Assembly (NCBI GenBank): GCA_031271665.1
Contig: JAISVI010000007.1
Coordinates: forward strand, 1-45,513
Reading direction: 5' to 3'
Origin: Oscillospiraceae bacterium
Lineage (GTDB): Bacteria > Bacillota > Clostridia > Oscillospirales > UBA929
DNA length: 45,513 nucleotides
Shown: in pieces, positions 17,202 through 24,333 of the stretch
How the letters are laid out: each line of letters opens with the position of its first letter
Numbering within the stretch: the first letter of the stretch is position 1
Position numbers and translations under genes: made by a program
The notes under the pieces: model-generated
What the model was told of the DNA's origin: nothing
The model's input: only the letters and a program-made list of their open reading frames with translations
The model's database searches: none

Positions 17202-17836
17202 CGCTTTTCAATGGGCGGGATTTTCAGCACCATGCCCGCCTGTACGCGGCGCGGGTTGCGTATGCCGTTGGCTGCGGCGATACGCCGCCACTCCCCGCAG
17301 TCGTTATAGGCGTCAAAAGCCACAAGGTAAAGCGGCGTATCCGGCCCAAGCACCCGCCGTTTGGTGCGGTCGGGCGATTCAAGCCCCGGCTTCGCGCCCT
17401 TCTTGCCCTGAATCGTTATGCTGACCGTGGCGCGAACCGGCTTCCCCTCGGCGGTGAACATGGTGAAATTGACGTTCAAGGCGGTTATGTGGCCGCTGTA
17501 TTTGGTGGTTCCCCACTCGAAGGTACAGCCGGGGGGCTTATGCAAATCCGGCTTTATCCGCACAAGCTCGCGAAGCGCCTTGACCTTGCCGGAGATGTCT
17601 TTGGCGTCCTTTTCGCTTGCGGAGTTTGCCGGAAAGCCGTCAAGCGTCATTTTAAGGGAAAGGGTGCTGCTTCCCTCGCCGATGAATTCCGTCTTTCCCT
17701 GCGCGTCGGCAACGCCCTTGGCGTCCGCGTACTTGGGGGCGTAATCCACCGTGAAATCCGCGGGGTTAAAATCAAAGTTTATGCGGCTTGTCTCTTTCTC
17801 CTTGTCGTCCAAAACGACAATGCACGCTTTCTCCAT
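17198..17836 (-). CDS. CIS tube-initiator protein with C-terminal LysM domain (Afp5/Pvc5-type)
   Basis: 212 aa. The N-terminal FDFNPADFTV... tube-like fold is followed by a C-terminal LysM (YLVAFDAYNDCGEWRRIAAANGIRNPRRVQAGMVLKIP). Confidence 0.85.
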   Translation of the reverse strand: MEKACIVVLDDKEKETSRINFDFNPADFTVDYAPKYADAKGVADAQGKTEFIGEGSSTLSLKMTLDGFPANSASEKDAKDISGKVKALRELVRIKPDLHKPPGCTFEWGTTKYSGHITALNVNFTMFTAEGKPVRATVSITIQGKKGAKPGLESPDRTKRRVLGPDTPLYLVAFDAYNDCGEWRRIAAANGIRNPRRVQAGMVLKIPPIEKR

Positions 17837-17839
17837 GCC

Positions 17840-18292
17840 CTACCCCCGCCGTCTTGTTTCGTATTCCGCTTCCCGCCGGATTTGCGCGCGCGTTTCGCGC
17901 ATGTTTTTGCGGGTCAGTCCGCGCGCCTCGGCGCGCAGCTCTTCGCCCATTTTTACAAGGCGGCCGTCGGTATAGCGCCGCTCGTCTTTAAGTCTGCGCT
18001 CGGCGGCCGCGAAAAAAAGCTCGGTCTGGCGCTTTGCGCGGCGCGAGGAGTCAAGCCAGCGCGTTTCGGCGGTATTTATCCGCCTGTGCCAGTCGTCGGA
18101 AAGGCGCTTTATGTCGCGCCCGACAGTCTGAAGGATGCCCCGCTCTAAACTCTGCCGCGCGAAGGCCGCCCTCTGCGCGGTCTTTTTGGCGTCCGCCCGG
18201 TGGGAAAGCGTGAACAGGTTATTAAACCCCGGCTCGCGCGCGTAGCGTTCGGACACGGTATGAAGCAAATCTGTCACTTTGACGGCCTGCAA
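17840..18292 (-). CDS. short Arg/Glu/Ala-rich helical protein; only tape-measure (Afp14-like) candidate
   Basis: 150 aa with a predicted all-helical composition and no recognised domain. It lies between the tube paralogue and the tube-initiator, and overlaps the upstream gene by 19 nt. The function is inferred from position only. Confidence 0.5.
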   Translation of the reverse strand: MQAVKVTDLLHTVSERYAREPGFNNLFTLSHRADAKKTAQRAAFARQSLERGILQTVGRDIKRLSDDWHRRINTAETRWLDSSRRAKRQTELFFAAAERRLKDERRYTDGRLVKMGEELRAEARGLTRKNMRETRAQIRREAEYETRRRG

Positions 18293-18699
18293 AGCGCAAT
18301 CCCGCCGTGAAATACCGAAAAGGTTTCAATCAGCACCGAGGAATCCTGCGCGTCCAGTTTGGACAGCTCGATTGACTCCACAACGGGTGACGCAACGCTG
18401 TAGGAAACGCTTGCCTCTCCGTTTTCGTTAAGGATGTCGATTTGCATTTCGTCGGCGATCTTTTCGCCGGGGCGGAAATTGCTTAAAGCACCCGCCGGGG
18501 ACACGCCACGCTCCATCACAAGCTTTCCGGGTTCTTTGACGGGTATGGCAAGCATAACGGGGGCGTCGTTCTGCCCGCCGACCTGAAGCGGCTCGAAAGA
18601 AGCCGACAGCTTTATTCCGCTTATCGAGCGGAAACCAAGGGCGCTTCCCCGTATCATAACGGCAAAGCGGCAGGAGGCAAGAAGGCCTTCTCTTCTCAT
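18274..18699 (-). CDS. second tail-tube paralogue (T4 gp19 family)
   Basis: 141 aa. FAVMIRGSALGFRSISGIKLS...LVMERGV pattern parallels the main tube protein. Confidence 0.8.
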   Translation of the reverse strand: MRREGLLASCRFAVMIRGSALGFRSISGIKLSASFEPLQVGGQNDAPVMLAIPVKEPGKLVMERGVSPAGALSNFRPGEKIADEMQIDILNENGEASVSYSVASPVVESIELSKLDAQDSSVLIETFSVFHGGIALCRPSK

Positions 18700-18717
18700 G
18701 GCACACCTCGAACAGTT

Positions 18718-18745
18718 CCCTCTAAAACCACGGGTTTTTAGAGGG
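18718..18745 (-). promoter_or_regulatory. intra-operon RNA hairpin overlapping the stop of the small ORF
   Basis: CCCTCTAAAACC-ACG-GGTTTTTAGAGGG forms a 12-bp stem with one bulged T. It lies between the abundant sheath/tube genes and the baseplate genes. No U-tract follows it on the sense strand. Confidence 0.3.
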
Positions 18746-18884
18746 CCTCGAACAGGTTGTCCGGCGCGCCGGACTGCTCTTTGTTAATGGCGGAAACGCG
18801 GGCGCACCACTCATGGCGCTCGCCGTGCGCAAGGGTCATCAGTTCCTCACGCGGCCAGTGCAGGTAATACGCAAGAAAGGCCAT
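18738..18884 (-). CDS. small conserved CIS-associated ORF (DUF6760-like motif), ATG-initiated minimum version; possibly expressed as a -1 frameshift extension of the chaperone
   Basis: This ORF falls below the length cut-off of the ORF track. The -1 frame reads ..VITYPASRLYEEMAFLAYYLHWPREELMTLAHGERHEWCARVSAINKEQSGAPDNLFEAL*. The YEE.AF.AY..HW....L..L.H.ER..W motif is one I recall from about 60-aa proteins in CIS loci. No canonical start codon occurs before the ATG at 18884. Confidence 0.5.
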   Translation of the reverse strand: MAFLAYYLHWPREELMTLAHGERHEWCARVSAINKEQSGAPDNLFEAL

Positions 18885-18895
18885 TTCCTCGTAAA

Positions 18896-18941
18896 GGCGG
18901 GACGCGGGATATGTGATTACCGCCCCGCCCGCAGAAAATTT
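18896..18941 (-). promoter_or_regulatory. candidate -1 ribosomal frameshift signal (slippery A_AAT_TTT plus downstream stem-loop)
   Basis: The heptamer AAATTTT (18935-18941) lies in the X_XXY_YYZ register of the chaperone frame (GTA AAT TTT). After a 5-nt spacer there is a 9-bp GC stem GGCGGGGCG/CGTCCCGCC (18896-18929). Confidence 0.35.
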
Positions 18942-19288
18942 ACCGGAATCGACACCTTTTCCCCGCAGACCGGGCAGTGTTCCTCATAGCAGGGGCTTTC
19001 CGTCTGGTTTACGCGGTTATACAAATCCTGCAGATAAGCAAGGTCTTGGACGAAAAGCCCTTCTATAACCGCCTCTCCAAGCTGTTTCACCGTCCCAAGC
19101 GAAGTGACCACGCGGGCAAGGATAAGGATTATAAGATACTCCGGGTTTTCCTTCACGCGCGGGTCGCGAAGCGGAAGGATTTCGTCCGCCGCCGTCGCGA
19201 GGCGCATTTTCCCGGCGCGGTGAAGCGTACCGTCCGAATCCGCGTAGCCGCGCGGCAGGCAAAAGTCATATTCTGTCTGAAGCATCAT
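18917..19288 (-). CDS. tail assembly chaperone-like protein (P2 gpE / Mu gp41-like) with C-terminal CxxC
   Basis: 123 aa. DGTLHRAGKMRLATAADEILPLRDPRV resembles the gpE/gp41 chaperone motif (G....v.LR.pt..De). The C-terminus has CPVCGEKVS. It overlaps the tube gene by 4 nt (ATGA). Confidence 0.65.
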   Translation of the reverse strand: MMLQTEYDFCLPRGYADSDGTLHRAGKMRLATAADEILPLRDPRVKENPEYLIILILARVVTSLGTVKQLGEAVIEGLFVQDLAYLQDLYNRVNQTESPCYEEHCPVCGEKVSIPVNFLRAGR

Positions 19289-19713
19289 TTGGTTCTGGTC
19301 ATTCCCTCGTGGGCCAGTTCAAGTTGCTCTATGGCCACCTCGCTGGCCGTGGCGTTGAACTCGGGGCCGGTGTACTTGACCGGCCACGCCTGGACAATCT
19401 GCCAGGCCGCGACTTCGTCGCCGTTCTCGTTAAGAAGCGTCACCGACACGGTTTTGCGCACGATGTCCTTTTCAAAACTGGGACTCATCCAGTCATAGGC
19501 GGCCTTGCTTGCCGTAAGACCCCATTTGAAGACAATGTTGCTGTATTTGCGCAGCCCCGGAAGCTTAATCGGCGTGGGGGGCATCATGTTGCCCTCGCGG
19601 TATTCAACCACGTCGATGCTGGCGTCAAAACCGGTGATTTCGGAAAACCCGGCTTCCGCGCCGCCAAAGTCCACCTTGTACTTAAACCTTGTAAACGGGT
19701 ATGTATTCGGCAT
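19285..19713 (-). CDS. CIS tail tube protein (Afp1-like, T4 gp19 family)
   Basis: 142 aa. FKYKVDFGGAEAGFSEITGFDASIDVVEYREGN...KLPGLRKYSNIVFKWGL is the canonical tube signature. A strong RBS (AGGAGGGGAG) precedes it. Confidence 0.95.
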   Translation of the reverse strand: MPNTYPFTRFKYKVDFGGAEAGFSEITGFDASIDVVEYREGNMMPPTPIKLPGLRKYSNIVFKWGLTASKAAYDWMSPSFEKDIVRKTVSVTLLNENGDEVAAWQIVQAWPVKYTGPEFNATASEVAIEQLELAHEGMTRTK

Positions 19714-19727
19714 AGTATGCTCCCCTC

Positions 19728-21443
19728 CTATTCAGTGGCGGTTTTCTGCGTAAGGCGGAAGATGACAAATTCGGCGGGCTTGACCGGCGCGATGCCGATA
19801 ACGCAGATCAGCCGCCCGTTGTCAATGTCCCCCTGCGACATGGTAGAGTGCCCCACCTGAACGTAAAACGCCTCTGCCGAAGACGCGCCCGCAAGCGCCC
19901 CGTCGCGCCACAGGCCGGACAGGAACACCTCGATAGTGCGCTGTACGCGCGTCCAAAGCGTTTCGTCGTTCGGCTCGAACACGACCCAGTTTGTGTTTGC
20001 CTTGATACTTTCCTCGACAAAAATGAAAAGGCGGCGCACGTTTATGTATTTCCAAAGCCCGTTCGAGCTTGCGGTGCGCGCGCCCCAGACGTTTATGCCC
20101 TGGCCGGGGAACGAGCGGATAAGGTTGACGCCGCGCGGGTTAAGGATGTCCTGCTCGCCCTTGTTATACTGAACGCTTAGTCCGGCGCAGGCGCGCACAA
20201 CCTCGTTCGCGGGGGCCTTATGCACGCCGCGCGTGGCGTCGCTGCGCGCGTATATGCCGATAACCGAACCCGAGGGCGGGATATGGATGTTTTTCTGGTC
20301 AAGCGGGTCAAACACCGAAAGCCAAGGGTGGTACAGCGCGGCGTACTGGGTGTTGAAAAGCTCGCGGTGCGCAATAAGCTCGTCCGTCTTGGCAAGTTCC
20401 TTGGGCATGTCAAGCACCGCGAAGCGCGAGGCAAGGGTTTCGCAGTGCGCGACAAGGGTAAGCTGTACGTTCGCGTCGGTAATCCCCGGCACGGCCATAA
20501 TACTGCATACGGGATTGTCGATAAACGCCTGAATGCCCGTGCGCTTGCCGGGGCCGTTATCCTCGCCGATGAAGGTGCCGGCGGAAACGCTGTCGGCGGT
20601 ACCGCTTGACCCGCCCGCGAAGCCGATTGTCAGTTCCTGTGTCTCATCCCCCGCGATAAGCTTAAACGGCGGCTCCGCGCCCTCGGGTATGTCGCCAAGC
20701 GTGACGCGGACAAGTTCGGATCTGGCCATTTTCTTGACGATATGGTTCGGGATTGCGGGGTTCAGCGAAAGGTTTCCATAGTTCTCGGCCACATCGTCAT
20801 GATAGACGTCCAGATTGAACTCGCAGGTATACAAAAGCTTTTTCGGCACAATTGCGTCGTCGGCGTCGCCCTCGTCAAGCGCCTCGGCAAACTCCAGTAC
20901 ATTGTCCTGGGATTTGACCACGCGGTTATACTTCTTCTCTTCGCCGTCGGAAAGCATCACAATGTCCCCGGCGTAAAAGCCCGCGCCGCTTTTTACCGCC
21001 GCCCGCGTCGGCTCGAGCAGCTTCATAATCTGCGTTTTGGCCTTGCTTGCGGGGGTGATGACCGCCTTCAGGTCGTTGCCCCACGCGCCCGCGCTTGCGG
21101 CGGTCAGTTTAAGGGGGGATTCGTGCGCCGCTTCGGCAATTTTCGCGTCGGAGGGGATGACGCGGCTTATAAAGGCGCGGGTTCCGCCGTTGATAAAGAA
21201 ATGCTCTGCCGCATAGGCAAGATACCGGTAATCGCCGAACTCAAGCGCGCTTAAATAACCGCCGTATTTGCGTTTGTAATCCGCAATCCCCGTTACAAGC
21301 TGGGGAATGCCGCCGACAGGGCCTTTTGCCGCAAGTCCGACAAACCCCGCCGTGGAAGTCCCCACACCTTCCATCGGCACGGGGCCGCTGTCAAATTCCT
21401 CGACGTAAACGCCCGGGGACAGGTATTCGGGCATACTGCTCAT
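19728..21443 (-). CDS. CIS contractile sheath protein (Afp2-4-like)
   Basis: 571 aa. The N-terminus (MPEYLSPGVYVEEFDSGPVPMEGVGTSTAGFVG) is canonical for tail sheaths. The true start is probably the second ATG at 21434, which lies 9 nt after the GGGAGG RBS. Confidence 0.95.
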   Translation of the reverse strand: MSSMPEYLSPGVYVEEFDSGPVPMEGVGTSTAGFVGLAAKGPVGGIPQLVTGIADYKRKYGGYLSALEFGDYRYLAYAAEHFFINGGTRAFISRVIPSDAKIAEAAHESPLKLTAASAGAWGNDLKAVITPASKAKTQIMKLLEPTRAAVKSGAGFYAGDIVMLSDGEEKKYNRVVKSQDNVLEFAEALDEGDADDAIVPKKLLYTCEFNLDVYHDDVAENYGNLSLNPAIPNHIVKKMARSELVRVTLGDIPEGAEPPFKLIAGDETQELTIGFAGGSSGTADSVSAGTFIGEDNGPGKRTGIQAFIDNPVCSIMAVPGITDANVQLTLVAHCETLASRFAVLDMPKELAKTDELIAHRELFNTQYAALYHPWLSVFDPLDQKNIHIPPSGSVIGIYARSDATRGVHKAPANEVVRACAGLSVQYNKGEQDILNPRGVNLIRSFPGQGINVWGARTASSNGLWKYINVRRLFIFVEESIKANTNWVVFEPNDETLWTRVQRTIEVFLSGLWRDGALAGASSAEAFYVQVGHSTMSQGDIDNGRLICVIGIAPVKPAEFVIFRLTQKTATE

Positions 21444-21594
21444 CCTCCCTTTATGTACTTTATTTTGCGATATTTGCCGAAAATTGTCTTTATTTCAACA
21501 TGGTACTACGTTATAATAGAAAAATCTACCGCACATTCGCGGGGATCGCGTTTTTTATTTGAACACCCCGAATAAAGGGTGAACGGCAGAGGGG
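21444..21594. promoter_or_regulatory. AT-rich divergent control region between the CIS operon and its putative regulator
   Basis: This is the only AT-rich stretch near the operon. The plus strand has TTTATT-N17-TATAAT ahead of the regulator gene. The minus strand has TTGAAA-N17-AAATAT ahead of the sheath gene. Both are weak matches, so the boundaries are approximate. Confidence 0.3.
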
Positions 21595-24048
21595 ATGGCT
21601 CGCATGAGGCCTAATATGTTTTCGCCGCCGACGCAGGACGCGTTTTCCGTCGAGCGCAAGGCCGCCGTCGCGGAAATGGAGTCTGTTCCAAGACGGTGCA
21701 TTGTATACATACACGCGCCCGCCGGCTTCGGCAAGACGGCCGCGTGCGCGCAGTGGCTTTCGGGAAGAAAAACCGCGTGGTTCACTTTGGACGGGTATAC
21801 CGCGGACGCGGCGCGCTTCTGCGGCGGGGTTTTGGACGCGCTTTCGGCGGGAGTCCCGGCGGGCGCGGTTACTTCAGATGTTTTTGCGGAAGCCTTGCGG
21901 GGCGTAACCGTCTGGCCCTCGGCGCTTGTAATCGACGACTTCCACCTTTGTACGGACACGCGGGCGCAGAAAGCGCTTCTCCTTCTCCGCGCGCGTATGC
22001 CGGGGGAAACGTCGCTTGCGGTTATAAGCCGCGCCGCGCCGCCGGAAGCTCTGCGCGCGCAACTTGTCAAGGGGGCGCTGCGCCCCGTGACCGGCCTTGC
22101 GTTCAGCAGTGAGGAGATTTCGGCGCTTGCGCGGAAAATGGGCAGTCCCGTTACACAATACTTTTCCGGGTTTCTTTTTAAGCAGACCGGGGGCTGCGCG
22201 GCCGCGCTCGCGCAGATACTGCATTCCGGCGACGGCGGCTATTGCGGCGTTCCGGGGCGCGAAAGCCTTAACGCGTATATGCGGGGTCTTGTCTTTGACG
22301 CGGAGTATTTCGGCGCGCTTAAAAAATGCGCCGTCTGCGACACATTGAATCCTTCCCTCTGCGCCGCGATTACCGGAACGCACGGCATCTGGGCGCATAT
22401 CTGCACCCTTGCCGGGAAGACGGGGCTTATTGCCGGGCTTCCCGGCGGGGAGTGGCGTTTCCATACGCTTCTGCGCGACTATCTTGAATACGAGCTTCTG
22501 CGCGACGGCACGATAGACAAACCCGCGCTTTTTAAGGCGGCGGCGGCGTGGCATATGGAAAACGGGGACTTGCTGCGCGCCCTTGATATGGCCGCGAAAA
22601 GCGGCGACCTTGCTTTTGCGGACGGGCTTTCCGATATTCCGCAAAACAAAAAAGCCCCTGTAAGCGCGGCGCGGTACGCGGCGCTTATAGAGGCAAGTTT
22701 CCTTTCAATACCCATGGGCGTCACGCGCGATTACCCGCGTTTGGCCAATCACTGCTTCGCGGCGGCGCTGCTGGCGCGCCCGCTGCGGGAAGCCCTTCGC
22801 TGGGCGGACATTATGGAAGGGCATATGTCCGGCGGGACTTTGCGCGGGGAGGACAAAACCCGCGCCGCGTTCTTTCTTTCGGCGGATACCCGTCATTCAA
22901 GCTGGCATGTGCCGGGGCAGATTGGGCGGCTTGCCGCAAGCCCTCTCGCCGCGAACCTGCCGACGCTTACCTGCAATCTGCCGTTCTTCCACAAGGCACA
23001 GCGGGACTTTTCGGATATCGCCCCAAAACTTCGCGAGTATACCGCCGCGCTGAAACAGCGGATTGGGGAAGAACCGCCCCCGCCGCTTGGTGCGCTTGTC
23101 TCGCTTATAGAGGCGGGCGTACGCTTCGAGCGCGGAGAACTTGCCGAGGCCGAAAACGCCGCGCGTGATCTCTGCGCGCTGTCCGAACACCTATGCCCCG
23201 AAATTTTCTTCTGCGTCCACGCGCTGTATTCCGAGATAAGGCGCGTACAGGGGAAGAAGGCCGAGCCGGAGAGAATCGGTGAAATGATCGCGCGCAAGGA
23301 CGCCCTTTTCCTGCGTGACAATTACGCCGCGTTCCTTACGGAAACGCGGCTTTACGTCGCTGACCGGGCAAGCGCGGAACTTTGGCTTGGCCGCGCGGGG
23401 CCGGAGGGGCCGGTACGGCTTCACAACCTATACGTATACTTTGTAAAGGCGCGCGCGCTGTTGGTTTTAAACAGGCTTTACGAGGCGGAAACACTTTTTG
23501 AAGAGCTGGCCGCCTTCGCGCGCGAGTACCGCAGGAACGCCGACTTTATCTCTGCGCACTGCCTTTTGGCTGTTTGCAGATGGCGCATGAAAAGGCCGTC
23601 GGAGGCCGTCGAGGCCGCCGTCCCCGCGCTTTTAAAAGCCGCCGAGCTTGGGCTTGTCATGCCCGTCGCCCGGGAGGGCGGCGGTATGCTGCCAGTTCTG
23701 CGTAAGGTTATTAACCGTCTTAAATACGGCTATGACCCGCAGCGGCTTGACAGGGCGTTTCTGGGGGTGCTGTACCGCCATACGGCAAGCGTTGCCTGCG
23801 GCGTACCCGGACTATTCGCCGGGCATACGGAAAGACCGGTAAGCCTTTCTCCAAGACAGAGCGAAGTGCTTGGGTGTCTTGAAAACAACCTTAGCTACCG
23901 GGAAATCGCGCGCCGCCTTGGCATATCTCCCGCGACGGTGGACGACCATATACGCCGCCTGCACGAAAAGCTTAACGCCACTAGCACCCGGGAAGCGCTT
24001 AACCGCGCGCGGGAACTTGGTATCCGGACGGGGGTGAGAAAAATATAA
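21595..24048 (+). CDS. MalT/LAL-type STAND ATPase regulator with C-terminal LuxR HTH
   Basis: 817 aa. The N-terminal P-loop (IHAPAGFGKTAACAQWL) is followed by a long helical/TPR-like middle region and a C-terminal LuxR-type HTH (LSPRQSEVLGCLENNLSYREIARRLGISPATVDDHIRRLHEKL). An alternative start exists at 21604. Confidence 0.9.
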   Translation: MARMRPNMFSPPTQDAFSVERKAAVAEMESVPRRCIVYIHAPAGFGKTAACAQWLSGRKTAWFTLDGYTADAARFCGGVLDALSAGVPAGAVTSDVFAEALRGVTVWPSALVIDDFHLCTDTRAQKALLLLRARMPGETSLAVISRAAPPEALRAQLVKGALRPVTGLAFSSEEISALARKMGSPVTQYFSGFLFKQTGGCAAALAQILHSGDGGYCGVPGRESLNAYMRGLVFDAEYFGALKKCAVCDTLNPSLCAAITGTHGIWAHICTLAGKTGLIAGLPGGEWRFHTLLRDYLEYELLRDGTIDKPALFKAAAAWHMENGDLLRALDMAAKSGDLAFADGLSDIPQNKKAPVSAARYAALIEASFLSIPMGVTRDYPRLANHCFAAALLARPLREALRWADIMEGHMSGGTLRGEDKTRAAFFLSADTRHSSWHVPGQIGRLAASPLAANLPTLTCNLPFFHKAQRDFSDIAPKLREYTAALKQRIGEEPPPPLGALVSLIEAGVRFERGELAEAENAARDLCALSEHLCPEIFFCVHALYSEIRRVQGKKAEPERIGEMIARKDALFLRDNYAAFLTETRLYVADRASAELWLGRAGPEGPVRLHNLYVYFVKARALLVLNRLYEAETLFEELAAFAREYRRNADFISAHCLLAVCRWRMKRPSEAVEAAVPALLKAAELGLVMPVAREGGGMLPVLRKVINRLKYGYDPQRLDRAFLGVLYRHTASVACGVPGLFAGHTERPVSLSPRQSEVLGCLENNLSYREIARRLGISPATVDDHIRRLHEKLNATSTREALNRARELGIRTGVRKI

Positions 24049-24076
24049 AAATTCGCCGCGCGGCGCGCCCGGCGGC

Positions 24077-24272
24077 GCGAAGCAAGTACCCGCTGACGCA
24101 TGAATGTCCAATTTGCGCAGACTAAATGTAGGGGCGGTCGTCCCCGACCGCCCGTAACCCCGGAAAATCCCGCAGGCGCGGGCGACCGAGGACGGTCGCC
24201 CCTACATGAGGATGCCGGTTTTTGTGCATTCTGTGTCTTCATGCGTCAACCGTGGCGAAGCAAGTACCCGCT
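24077..24272. repeat. 160-bp palindromic element flanked by an 18-bp direct repeat (GCGAAGCAAGTACCCGCT)
   Basis: The direct repeat occurs at 24077-24094 and 24255-24272. Terminal inverted repeats are GACGCATGAA and TTCATGCGTC. Two nested GC hairpins are present: ATGTAGGGGCGGTCGTCCCCGACCGCCC and GGGCGACCGAGGACGGTCGCCCCTACAT. It shares the 11-mer TTTGTGCATTC with the element at 7227-7384. Confidence 0.6.
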
Positions 24273-24333
24273 ATGGACAAATCTGGCACGGCATGTTACA
24301 ATATGCGAAGATTTAATTGTGGGAGGCGCTTGA

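Noticed and set aside
933-21443. Interpreting the cluster as a prophage tail, an R-type tailocin or a T6SS
   Set aside because: No capsid, portal, terminase, integrase, holin/endolysin or TssB/C/K/L/M-like genes are present. The AAA+ ATPase and the DUF4255 cap are the hallmarks of eCIS-type loci. A tailocin cannot be excluded by sequence alone but is less consistent with the ATPase and cap.
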